From Phoronis australis (taxonomy: Eukaryota > Animalia > Phoronida), in the NCBI GenBank assembly GCA_002633005.1, contig NMRA01000618.1, forward strand, positions 180,232-244,231: 64,000 nt of DNA. Reading direction: 5' to 3'. The translations under genes were made by a program, and so were the position numbers. Every line of letters begins with the position of its first letter. The stretch's first letter is position 1. Shown in pieces: positions 1 through 12,649 of this stretch. Under the pieces are notes generated by a model. That model ran no database searches and was not told the origin of the DNA. It worked only from the letters and a program-made list of their open reading frames with translations.

Positions 1-377
1 AATTATCTCAAAATGTTCCTTAGTCGACTTACTGATGCTTTCAAGGTTTCAAAAGTACAGACAATATTGGTTATTGCCTGATACCATTCAGTCTGTAAAG
101 ATTATCAGGACGTGTCATTTACGACGCTGAGAATGGTCTCAAAGAATAACGAATCGAACAACAACTGGCATCGCTCAAGTTTTCACTCCAAACGAAAACA
201 TTAGAATTGTTGTACCTTGCATTCAGCAATATTCAATGCCCCCTCATCATTTTAATTGTGCAAAAATCTTGCAAGGAATTTGCGGTCTTCATGCAGTTAC
301 CGTTTAATGACAATGCACACTTGTCTCAGAACCAGATAGGCTTGTAGTATAATTCAAAATGGACTTCAAATATTTAC

Positions 378-538
378 CTCCAAACATCTGTCTCAGGACT
401 GTTCTTGGGCATAGTACGGCCTGCAATATCTGGCTTCAACAACTCGGGGGCTAAGTGTGACAACGTTCCCTTAGCATGGGTTGAGCTGTCCAGGTCGGTT
501 GTGAAGCCTTGGAGAGTAGACACTCCAAAGTCCCCAAC
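378..538 (-). CDS. TKL/RIPK-like protein kinase, exon 4 (DFG to APE to DVWS); gene continues beyond the window
   Basis: Acceptor ttatag, then VGDFGVSTLQGFTTDLDSSTHAKGTLSHLAPELLKPDIAGRTMPKNSPETDVW; donor AG|GTAAAT. Confidence 0.9.
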
Positions 539-1012
539 CTATAATTTGAAAATCATTAGTGAAGATACTTTCTTGTAGATTTAAAAACATATTTTTCTGT
601 AATGCCTTATCACAGATGATACATCATATGGTCCCTTACAAAATTTCCTCAACTAACCTTAGAATATTTTAGTCACCAAGACAAAAATGTAATTGACCCA
701 CTAACTGCACAAGTCAAACCTAACTACTGTGTAAAAAGTACAATTAATGCAATGACTACCATAAACTCAGTTTCCCAGTCCCCAAATAAAGTAGTGACTG
801 TCAAAGTAAACGTATTGATGTTTGCTATTGGACCCCTGAGAAGATCATTCTGAGTTAGAGATTGGTAAACGAATAATAGCACCTCGTGATCAAAACATTG
901 ATTTTCGTCTTCAGTTGTCTACTGTTATTAACCTCTACCACAGAAACTAAAATAACAGTAATTAGAACTTGATGCCATTTTATACCTTGAAAAAAGCTTT
1001 CGCTAAAATTAC

Positions 1013-1132
1013 CTTAGCCTTGAATCTGTCACTTAGTAAAATATTGTCTAATTTTAAATCACAATGGACAAGACTCGGAGTAGCACTGTGTAGATATCTC
1101 ATGGCGTCCGCGACATCCACCATCATTTCAAC
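1013..1132 (-). CDS. TKL/RIPK-like protein kinase, exon 3 (catalytic loop)
   Basis: Acceptor tggcag, then VEMMVDVADAMRYLHSATPSLVHCDLKLDNILLSDRFKAK; donor GTAATT; 120 nt, phase 0. Confidence 0.9.
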
Positions 1133-1880
1133 CTGCCACAGACACAGATAAACACTAAATACATGAAGCAAACTAGCCTGAGAAGTGTACTGATCGTGTC
1201 AGCTGGAAACTAATTATAATGCAAAGCATTAGCGATGTCCCGATTTAAGGACCAACCGTTGGTTTCCTTTACCTTCAACAACACGCAAAACTCCCTCACT
1301 ATACATGTACATAAAAATGCCCTTCAAACGACTCAAAAATATTTGCAATGTTAGAGTCGGTTATAACCCACGCAGACACTCGGTTTGTGAAGCCGTTATC
1401 AGTATAGAATAGTATAGAATAGTATACTGCTCCCTGGTGCGAAAATAACTAAACAACCATCACACACAAGTAAACGTTGAAAATGAAGCTGTTTACCAAA
1501 CTAGTTTTACTAGCAACATTCTTGCGTTTCAACTCACGCTTTCAATGTCACCGGATTTTACGAGCCAACGGCCATCCCAAAATTCACTTGAAAACTTACA
1601 GAAGCGCGGTAGATAGCCCCAAGATCATTTGCCTTGACATGCGTGATACATCAGCTCAACTATTATCCACTTTAGGTGCACACCTGAGCTGGTACCTTTC
1701 TGTCCCCAGTTGCCCAAAGTATAGCATAAGGCAATCGCTAAATAACCGCAAAAATACGTTAGTTTTGGATATTTTTTTACAATAGCCGACGAGAGGTGGT
1801 ACAGAGATTTATGAGAAAGCACTTAATTATGGTAAGACAACTTCTTGCACACTATTCGAGTTGCAAGCACCATCACGCAC

Positions 1881-2070
1881 CTGTACACTGATTGGTATAT
1901 GCGATTCGATGCACTTTAGTTTTTCCTGTAAGTCCCTCAGAGAGCCATTATGCATGAATTCCAAAACCAGCCCACACATATTGTCCAAAATGATGCCGTA
2001 TATCCTGACTATGCTTTGATGTGCTATAGCACACATTGATCTTGCTTCTTTTAGGACCATCTGCTCTTGA
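1881..2070 (-). CDS. TKL/RIPK-like protein kinase, exon 2 (subdomains III-V)
   Basis: Acceptor ttttccag, then QEQMVLKEARSMCAIAHQSIVRIYGIILDNMCGLVLEFMHNGSLRDL; donor CAG|GTGCGT. Confidence 0.88.
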
Positions 2071-2449
2071 CTGGAAAACATTTAGAAAAAATAACGCTTT
2101 ATTGGCACCAAGACGTACGATTTATATTTACACATCTCTTCATAATCTCAATTGTTTTGTCAGCAAACGACAGTAGCGAAATGAAATGTCATTTAGAATA
2201 TCTGGCTCATAAACATAAAGGTATGGAGGCAAACAGATGGTGTACCAAAAATGGTGACTGTGAGCAAATTAAGTCTATATATTTGAAATATTCTTGACAG
2301 ATATTAAATGGTCAATGCATGGCGAAAATGTTTTTAAACCACCTCAAATGTCAAAATACCGTGTTTACAAAAAACAGTCAGTTGTCATGACTCAGGGAAA
2401 GTCAAATTAAAATACAATTTGGTAAAAGGTGTGACCAGGGAATACCCAC

Positions 2450-2643
2450 CTATCAGGAGACTTGCGCTTAGAAATCACTTTGACAGCCACATCCATTCCC
2501 CTGTAGTGACCTCAGTGGACAGCGGCGAAACCACCGGCCCCGAGGATGTCTTTTGCCATAGACACATCTGCTAGGTTTATCTTTTTGCATTTGACATTAT
2601 TTCGAATGGTACTCAGACACTCCCTCTCATCATCAGACGCCAT
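2450..2643 (-). pseudogene. TKL/RIPK-like protein kinase, coding exon 1 (contains in-frame TGA at 2512-2514)
   Basis: Reads MASDDERECLSTIRNNVKCKKINLADVSMAKDILGAGGFAAVH*GHYRGMDVAVKVISKRKSPD: Gly-loop GAGGFA and VAVK. Donor AG|GTGGGT at 2450/2449, phase 2, compatible with the next exon. Confidence 0.8.
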
Positions 2644-4290
2644 GGTGTTCATCCAATGTAGACTGCGGGAAATCATGAAATATTGTCACTTTCCTATGAT
2701 TGTATCGTACAGGAACTCATTGATGTGTGTGACCATTTGTTATACGGTTTAACTTTACTCTCTGCTTAAAGCGTTTAAAGTGCTTAAAGATGCATTTGCA
2801 TGTTCCTGACTACGCTCAAATGTATAGCATGACGCAGACGACACACAACGCTATTTTAACACAATCTACGCTAAACAAAGCGTAGCTGTATTCATTGTCA
2901 TCTTCTCAATGTGAAAACAAAAATTGTTTAAGTGGACATTGTATTTCTAAAGTTGGTCATGTCAAGAATAGGTTACAGTTGGTTTATGGCCATGTCACCA
3001 ATGAAAACTCTTGCCGTTCCGTCAGTGACGTGAAGACTTCATACAGCGTGTATTTTGTTGCTTTGGCTTAGCTTCAGTGATAGGTAAGATAATGCAAATT
3101 GTGTGCTCTTTGTTGAGCATCAGTCAAAGGGTAATTCCTGTTACGAAGCACGGCTCATTGCATGTTGAATGACAGATTAGACCCTTTGTCCTTCAACAGG
3201 TTTATCTAGTTATCGAAAATAATTACGTACAGCAATAACAAGATAAAAATAATATGGCTTCTGATTTCGCCAGGGAGCTGCATAGTGAAATACAGCGCAC
3301 GCAGAACGAGAAAATGAGTTGAGTAAAACTCCTGTGTACCGGTACGAGATAGGCCACGCATTAAATATGCGATGTTTTTCAAATCAATCGCGTGAAATTT
3401 TGCTTTCATTAAAGCCCGCGGTTCCTTCAAAAGTTGGAAATCTTTGGCAATGAGTGAAGGTTACGGCCATAGTGTTTATTGGCCCACCTGCGTATCAAGT
3501 CTAGTGAATCTCAAGTTCATCCTTGTGGATGAAAAAAAAAACGGTACAGTTGATTCTTATCATGACCTTAGCTTTCCGGCTCAAACTGTCCCGCGTGACA
3601 TATCCCCACGTGAGATCCAAATATATCTCAGGTTAACTACAGGAAATAGTTGCGGAACTGCCTTGCGTCAAGAAAAAAATTGCCAAAACCTCGTGTTTTA
3701 GAGAAAATACACTGTAATATCTCACATAATGTCGCGAATTTTTGCTTTTCTCGAGGTCCTAGCTTTACTAAAAGTTACCAATTCATTAATATGACATACA
3801 CACAAATATTATGCTATAAAAGTCAGCCTGGAAACTGCAGTTAGTATTATGTCGGGGCTTTAGACAATGGACACACAATAATAAATAGGAATATTACACA
3901 AGAGTAAGAGAAAAGAGAAAAGTGACATTGACTTACTGTACAATACATCAATACAACAGCAGACTATTACATGTATAAACAAATGGTGCGACAGATTGAA
4001 GCAGAACAAGTTTGCTGTAGTTTCTGCCCTGGATTTACTTGAACAATGAATGAGGATATTGGCTTTGTCTAGCATACATTAAGTGTAGGGAACACATCAG
4101 AGTTAATTTCTATGCTCTGGAGGAGTTCCCGCCTGTCGTTGTTGAAAATCAATTGGACAGTCCAACAGACAGTGCATTTTCGTCTGAACTTGCCAACAAG
4201 TGTTTCTCTCCATGCTTTTATCTACATGTTATTTGCACTTTTGGTGGAATGTTCAACACGACATTACCGGTTACGCTATTACATAGCCTC

Positions 4291-4357
4291 TGACGTCACT
4301 CATGACTACGAAAACATATGTTTCTTACTTTTTGCTTATGAGTCATCGGGAAATTCG
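4291..4357. promoter_or_regulatory. Candidate CRE / AP-1 / NF-kB-like motif cluster upstream of the kinase
   Basis: TGACGTCA (4291-4298), TGAGTCA (4339-4345) and GGGAAATTCG (4348-4357) within 67 bp. Motif matches only. Confidence 0.3.
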
Positions 4358-6511
4358 AGCGCCTGTGCTTCGGAGCAGCAAAATTTGTTCTGAAATTCAG
4401 ATTGATGTAATCAAAAATCTACGAAACTTATAATGAAGGAACAACAGGTTCGATCATTTGTTGTGAGGTGTACGCAACCTCGTGAAAGAACTGCGGTTGG
4501 TTGGGTGAAAAAAGAAACTGGCCAACAGGTGACGCAATATTTCATGGCGCCGAAAGCCGACGCAAAAGATCGCTCCACAAATTTAGCAGCAGGATAATGG
4601 TAGAAAGCAAATTTTTCAAATCCAGTGAATCATTTAATTTACTCAAGGAACTGTGTAGTCTTTAACGACACTAATTTTGTATCAGATTTTATCTGGTCAT
4701 TTTTTACCCACATCGGCGCATAGCTGTAAATTTAGTACACAGGCATCGGCTCAAAACTATTACGTACATAGCTTTGCACCAGACCTGTGTCAGTAACGCT
4801 TGGACGTACGCTAGGATCAAGCTAATATCTAGCTAAAGTCGCGTGTTCTCACTTAAAATATACGGCGATATCACCCGTAATCTCTCAAATTCTTGCTTTT
4901 TAGCGGTCCTAGCGTTACTGAACGGGATGCAGGGCTAGCTGTTACATAGAAGAAAGTTGGAAGGAGCTCAGATTCGCTTGGACTGAGACGCAAAACTAAG
5001 CTCGTACAACGGCAGTAACAGTAGCAGTAATAAGCCCTACGGTCAAACTATTTACATAGCATTGTAGTGACTTGTAGTCAGGTGGTCACGACATTGTTGC
5101 CAAACAATGTATGTTTATTCGGAGTAAAGCACTGTTAAACCACGCAAAAAGTTTTTTACTGTTGAACCCGTGAGGTAGCTTTCAATCTTGCGGCTACTCA
5201 GTGTAGACCAATCTCAAAAGGCACACGGACGAAGTGGTTCTGCTACTGATCCGGCGTAGTGTAGCCAGAAATCCAATGTTTCTACGCTAGTGGCGTCAGT
5301 GTACCGGTTTAGAAATTATCTTTATTCGCGAGTGTGTGCCAACGGATTGCGGCCACGATGCCTGTTGACTTATCTATACGTCCGGTCTACTGACTTAGGA
5401 GGAACAATTTATGCTGGTTGGGACTTGAGATGTAGCCCAATGATTCACAGCTTCCATAATCACTTGTTAATTAAATCAAATAGAACTACATACCTGGCGA
5501 AACAACTGTAGACGACATCATCGGCGTTGACTTATGACTGACGGCAACAAATTGGGTTTTCCCGTGTCCGGGGAAATGCCTCAATATTACCTCAAAGGTC
5601 AGGTCACATGTCCTCCCATTTGCGTCACCAAACGGACACTTCCGTAGTCGCGAGCGCAGAAAAAAAGAGACACTCAGAACCGCGGTTTGTCCCCTTCACA
5701 GACTTTCTATGTTGCCGCTTTCAGTAACGTCACAGTGGAAACCCGTCCTGAGTTCAGTAACGCTAGTACTGTACCTCGCTAAAAAGCAATACTTCACTCG
5801 AGATTACTGTACTCAAGAGTTTATAGTTACCTTTGACCTCCAACTTATGACCTAAATACGTCACAGCGTAACAAGTTGCGTCAACTTCTGGAAGGCGCTC
5901 AAATGCAGCATAATAACATGGGTGACTGTAATGTCAGTGTGTCCTCTGGTGCTTACAAAATACTTTGTTTTGCTTGCCTAAAGATAAGGAGAGGTAATTG
6001 TATATTCATTATGTATTCCATGCTACTATTGGCAAGTGCTGATCGGAGAACAGGAGTCATTACTGCAGTAGAATAATTATAGTAGCAGGCCTACCTATTT
6101 AGGGATAGTTACTATACTATAGTAGTTGACAATACTGAGGCCCACAGCACGGGCGTATGAGACTCATTCGGTAGTGGCTGCACATCTTCTGCCAGGAATG
6201 TAGCATAATTGTGGTGGAGTTGTATCAGCTGTGTTTGGTTAAAGAAGACTAGTCTGTGTGCATTGTCTACAGTACAGGTTATAAGGTCAGACCCAGTGTG
6301 CTGGTCAGCTGGCCTTGTTTACTGTGTCAAAACTGGGGTGAGATAGCACTTACATGGCCAGGTTTAGAGTAAAATGTTTGCAAGCTTTCACAATCTAATG
6401 ACGTTGTTTGTTGGCGTGTAGGCTATTTCTCAGTGTATGGTTCAATTTTAGGTGTGCGAGTTGGGTGCAGAATATGCACAGATAAGACCTAGCAGGGAAA
6501 TCCTTAGAAGA

Positions 6512-6790
6512 CATGACGGGGATATCCCGTTGCTCCCAACTTGTTCGATTGTATAGCCCAACAACAAGTTGGGAAGTTTACCCTCCCCCCGTAGCCAATT
6601 AAATCCATTCTGGTGTTGATGGTTGGAGTGCCTGCGCTCTTTTGTTTGATAATTGCTCTAATCTCCGATCAGATCGTATCTAGCCTGACTGGGGTGGGGT
6701 GATAAAAAAACTTAACTTAAGCCAGATATTATCGCACGTTCAGCACCCCTCACGTCTGGAAGAGTTACTGAACGACAGGACGCTGTAATG
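6512..6790 (+). repeat. Interspersed ~275-bp repeat, copy 1
   Basis: Long near-identical match to 18319-18591; contains hairpin TCCCAACTTGTT...AACAAGTTGGGA. Confidence 0.85.
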
Positions 6791-9700
6791 GCTACATAAC
6801 CTGCGATTGTGTAAATCGCCATATCCAAGAGGAACAATTCACTTATCAACTAAAATAAGAAACTGTTGATTTAGTATAAACAATCTGTTTTGATGTGTTA
6901 ATATCAAGTTCCCAAGCATTACCCTGCATCATCACAGGATACGCGTGCCTCAGGCTATCTTACTGAAGAGTACATTGTATGTACCCTAAACAGGGATTAT
7001 TGAGTCAACTTCTTTCTTAGAACAGTAAACAAACCTTATTCTTTGATACATTCTGCTGCACCCACACAGCTTGTTTCCCATGCCCGAATCCAGGGGGCTC
7101 TGGAGCTCGAACGAGCTCCCCCTCTTTGGCGTAGTGGACAAAACGTTTTGACCCAGAGAAACAAAAACTCCAAAAAGTTGAACACGAGACAAAAGTCCAC
7201 TTCCACCAATATTTTCTTAGTCATAGGTACACATTCTCAAAAATTCGAGGCCCCCATGTTTTAGGCTGGGTGAGCGTGCATGTACTTGCTATACTCCACA
7301 ACCTATCAGAATGTGTGTCATTCATACTAACTTCTTGTGGAAATTGGTCTCATTTTTGTCTGGCAAAACTCTGATTGAAGTATAATTTCTAAGGGGCATG
7401 TCTATATGACATCAGAGTTGCTGTACTATTGTATTAGTCCTGGTGAAGACCCAAGCAGAGCGTGTTTAAATTGCAAAACTTAAAATTATGGGCTCCCGTG
7501 AACCTGTTAAACTATATATTTTTTGATAACTTTGGGGATTAGCATTTACCCTGAGATACACTTTGAGGTTATGCCCAAGGAGTTGTATTGATACCATTGT
7601 CTTCATATGAAATGGCCAATAGTCATATAACATTGATTGATTAGTCTGAAGTAGACTAATTATATGCAATATAAGTGGGAAAAGTTTTCTTGGTAACATT
7701 TTCATTGTACCGGATGGTGGTGTATGTTCCCTCGAATCACATACATTATCCCTGACAACTATTGGTATGTTGGCAAAATCAAATTTATTGTTTTTAATAT
7801 TGCAGCTATTCCAGAACATTAGTACCGTAGAAGTGCTAGGTCTCTTAGCAGAGATATCTGTATTGACATGTATTGTATAATGTATTTTAAACATGGAATG
7901 TTGTTTTCATACAATCAATGAATTGTGTGTTAAAATTACAATGCTTTTAATGTCTTTTGAGCTGATGTGTTACAAAGTTAGAATAAAAATGATATTGATC
8001 CACATGCTCTTATTTATTATTACTCTACTTTTGTTTATGTAGTGAGTATTATTTATTATTCATATTTATTTTATTCCGTGTCTTTCAGCTACAAGAACTA
8101 TGATATAAATATTAAGTAATATATGATAAAATATTATGCTAAAATATTTTATAAATTATTGTTGTATATACTTGATTCTGTAGCTATATTTAGAAAACCA
8201 TGTGGAAAATGTCATGCTATTGAATTCAGGCAGTTGCTTTCATACCAGTCTTAGCGCTGGCAAAGTCTTTACAGTTAAATATTATAATAATCAAATATTA
8301 TCATAATTGCATAAACTTCCACGTAAATACAAATGATGTTTCCTCAAGATTGATATATAGCTATGCTTACAAAGGGATCTGAAAAATTTTGTTATTCATT
8401 TGAACGGCATTTGCTTTCATTCTAGTTTTATCGTATCAACAATTATCGTATTGGCCATAACATCATCAAAAATTTATGTTTTTCTCAAGTAAATTATAAA
8501 TATAATTCATCAAAACTGGATTTATGTCTAAAAAAACTGGGTTTTATTCAAATAAGTTACAATCTTCACCTGGTTTTAGGGTCTCCGAATACAACTTGGA
8601 CTCCAGCTAATAGGTGGCGATGTTCCAAAATGTGTGACTAGGCAAATTACACTAGGACGGCCATCTTGAGATATAGTATCTTTGCTGTACGAGAGATATT
8701 GCCGTGTATTTTAAATAAGAACACGTGGCTGGATCTAAGCAAGGTCCTAGAATAGGTCCTACACTACTGAACTCTACCCTGGTTATGCGTACTCCACGTT
8801 GACCGTGATTCATCTTATAACTATCTGCGCAGTCTATCTCAAAATTGACAACATATTTGTCTTAACCGGGGACTTCATTTGAACACATGAGAACTTGAAT
8901 GGATATTAAAATGCATGTTAAGCCAACAAAATACCTAGAGCAACTCAAGCAGGCTGTCCTTTGACCAGGCAACCAACTCACTACGAGGGCATTAGGAGTT
9001 ACCTAGTGGGACTTTAGTAACTGACGTACGGTATCATCAACATCGTCTCCTTCGAAGTATACAACATGAGTTGTTATTGCTTTCCGCGTATTTCTTTTGA
9101 TGACTTAGAGAAGGCGGAATTTTGGTACTACAATTCTAGAAGCCAAATGCAATTCTTTGGTTCCATCTGGGACCTTTCCAAAGGGGCAACTATTGTATTT
9201 TATTATTTTTGGTACCATTGCTGTAGTTGTGGCAGAAAACTTTATTGCAGTTAGAGCAAATGTATCGAGGATTTTTTTAAAAAGGCAGAGACCAATTCAA
9301 CAACTTGGAAATTCTTGATTTGATATCACTAAAATCAAAGAAAAAGGGGGTCCAGACCCCTTTGACGTCCCTGGACCCCCTATGAATAACGAAATTCCGT
9401 CCATTTACTTGGGACTCTGTTGAGAGACCTCAGTACAAACGTACTTCCCGTTCTTCCGGTACTGTCCCATTTTCCTTCAAGTTTTAACATTGTTTTAGCC
9501 GTTGTGCCCAACATATCGTCTTCACAGCTAACATATACCTGCTACTCAGGTTAGGTCAAAGTTCGTGACAACCGTGTCGCGTAGTTTTATTTTTGTAGCT
9601 GTGTTAATTTGTTCTATTTTGTTCTAAGCGTCATGGCTTCATGCTGGGAAATCTATTTGGGGGGCTATTTATGAGAGGGCTCTATATTGCGTGTAGGCAC

Positions 9701-10122
9701 GGAGTGAAGGCAACGTTATTATTTATTTGTGTGATCTGTTTGCTCAGTGCGGGTCTTCCGACAAGTCCAAGACACATACTGTACTATAGAGACAAGCCAC
9801 TTTATGGAAATGTAGTAATCCTTGAATTTCATTCTACATGTTTTTCTATTAGAACCGGATGGGCAATGTTTCTCAGTGTTTTTATAGTCTCATCATCAAA
9901 ATTACTGGGAGAATAAGCCTTACCACGGGGATCAGTTTTCATGTGTTTTCTACACTGTGTGACATCATATTTCACATTGATGGTGTACTCTGTGAAATCT
10001 GTGATGTGCTCGTGGGGGTGCTTGTAATGCTTTTGTTCTGTTTTGTGTGTATGTGGTGTGAATGAGCCAGGATTGTACCATTATTATTTGATTGTCATTT
10101 GATATATGTGCATAACCGTTAT

Positions 10123-11590
10123 AATGGTGACAGGTGAACTTAAAGTAACCCCATTGAACTGCAAAGGGCCGAGTCTCGATGAAAAACGAAAGGATGTTTT
10201 CAATTATTTAGGAGAAAAACAGTACTCCATTTATTGCCTACAGGACACATACTATACTAAAAGGGAAGAAAACAAAATGAGATCAATGTGGGGATATGAA
10301 TGTTTTTTTTTCAATTCAAATACCTCAAAATCCCATGGAGTGGCGATCCTCTTTAACAACACTTTTAAATATATATTATATAACATTAGGCAAGAATTCA
10401 ATGGTAATAAAGTAATTTTGGATATTACTATTAATGAGACAAGAATAACGTTTATTCATACGTATTTTCCAAATAGAAACTCGCCGACTTTTTTGAAAAA
10501 ATAAAACCAGATATTCAAGATATAGGAAATTTCTCTGTTATTTAAACTGGCGATTTTAATCTTGCTCTCGATCAGTCTAAGGAGACGCTTAATTACCGAC
10601 AGGTTAATAATCCGAAGTCACGGATTAATTTGATGGAGATTTGTACAGAATTGACTGTTGCTGATTTGTGGCGGGAACTAAACCCCAATAGAAAAGATTA
10701 CACTTGGGGAGCTGGAAGTTAACGATCCAGACTTACTTTTTCTAATTTATGAAAACCTTTTAGCCGATATTTAAGGCCGCAAAATAGAATTCGGTCACCG
10801 GTCCGATCATTCAATGGTAACGGATTTTTTAAAGCTATGCTTCCAGGAGAAGGAAATTAGTTTGGAAGTTTAATAACTCCCCCTCTCTGAGTATATTGCT
10901 GCAGTCAAGGATACTATTGAATTAGTTAAACAACAGTAAATGACTGACGACACTCAGACAGTTGATAGTACATTCAGATTTACAATCATTTGTCTATAAA
11001 TGATTGTTGTTGATGGAGATTCGCGGCAAAACAATTTCCTTTGCTATTCACTTAAAAAAGCGATAAAGCTGAACAGCAACTTATCAAAGAAATAAGCTTG
11101 TTGGTAAAAAGTCTAAGCCTCGATAGGGAGGTACTGGAACAAAAAAATAATCTACTTGCCGAGCTAAGGCAAAATAAGTTAAGAGGTCTTATGACTAGGT
11201 CGAGGGCAAGATTGATTGAAGAGGGTGAAAAAAATTCCAAATATTAGCTTCACATGAAAAATAGGCATGACACAAGTAAGTCTATGCCTTTTTGTGGAAA
11301 TCTGAAAATACAAAAACCAATAGTGAAGACTTTATTCAGGAAACCAAACTTTTTATAAAAATCAATACAAATATACATGTAGACATTCTAAAAATACAGC
11401 TTTAGAGACTCTTTTTGATAAAGTGTGTCGCCAAACTGAATGAGACAGAAAAAGAAAAATTAAAAGTTCTTCTTACATATGAAGAAGTCACAAAATGCTT
11501 GAAAAAAATTGAAGAACAACAAGAGCCCAGGCTCTGATGGTTCTTTAGTGGATTTCTTATTTTTTTTGGGCTGACATTGGACATCTATCG
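10123..11590 (+). mobile_element. Decayed L1/Tx1-clade non-LTR retrotransposon ORF2 (APE endonuclease to start of RT), 3'-truncated
   Basis: Motifs LNCKG, YCLQDT, GVAILF, GDFN, LWRELNP, SDHS, WKFNNS and SPGSDG in the expected order, with stops and frameshifts. Confidence 0.88.
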
Positions 11591-12649
11591 AGATTCACCA
11601 ACCAGCCTTAAGTTGAGGATTCTAAAATGACTTGCACGTGATTTAAATTGGTAACGGAAACTGAATCTTATCACTTAGTGGAATGTCGTGAAACCGTGTT
11701 ACGTGATTTAAAGATGTAATTCGGAATACTCGTAGGTCATTTACAATCTTGCAAAGTTCAAATAAGTATCAGTGCGTGCTTCTTATTTCCTGTTTTCTAT
11801 CAGTACATAAAATGTCCCTCACTGAAAAAGGAACGATGCCTCCATTTTTCCATAACCACCACGTTATACGTACTGTGTCAATTTAGTGAGTGCAGCGGTT
11901 TGCTGATGCCTGGAGCGATTTTGTATTGGATGCCCTCTCTCGACCGATACTGAAATGCGTGGACACCTGCACTAACAAAATTTAAAAAAAAATGAAAAAT
12001 AAATCGAAACTTCACTCCGTTTAACTTAAAACTAGTCACATATAAAAAAACGCTATTCGCACTGACTGGATGCTCCCAGATGTGGATGCCCAGGGCCGTC
12101 GCCTCGTCGCCCCACACCCCTCCCTCTCCCTTCTGCACGCCGCGCCATCGTAAGACAATGTGTTATTGAAAAATACCTCAATTTCTGGGGTCATAAGGGT
12201 ATTCTGGGCTCTATATGGGTTTTAAGGTTACATATATTTAAAACCCTAGAGAAAGGGACACATATGGCTAAGTTCGGAACATCATATGTCAAAAAATTGT
12301 ACATAAAATGCATATGAAACTTTGAGAATCAGAAACTATGCTTCAAGCACAAATGGTAAGTTGTTAGAAATTCATTTAATTGCTCGTCTTTGCACGACGG
12401 GATATCAAGAATGTGACTGAAAAATGTTTAAGTTGCTTAAACCCTAATGAAATGATAGAATGGAGATATCTTCTTGAACACACACGTGCGTATCAAATGA
12501 AATTATCCTATGTTGATGATACCACTTTATCCCAAATGTTTGCTAAATTTTAGACACGGCCGCATGTCCCCAATGATAAATGTCGAGCATTGTATGGTGC
12601 TGACACTTGGATTACCTCAAAAATCCAATTATGTTGTTCAAACATCAGA

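Noticed and set aside
2512-2514. TGA as selenocysteine in the kinase
   Set aside because: The position is normally Lys/Arg rather than Cys, and the 3' UTR (SECIS) is outside the window; a CGA to TGA mutation is simpler.
6790-7050. Faint C-type-lectin-like words on the minus strand (PEARVSC, SWIW)
   Set aside because: Many stops and no consistent frame or splice sites.
7466-7894. 142-aa minus-strand ORF
   Set aside because: No recognisable motifs or splice context; probably a chance ORF.
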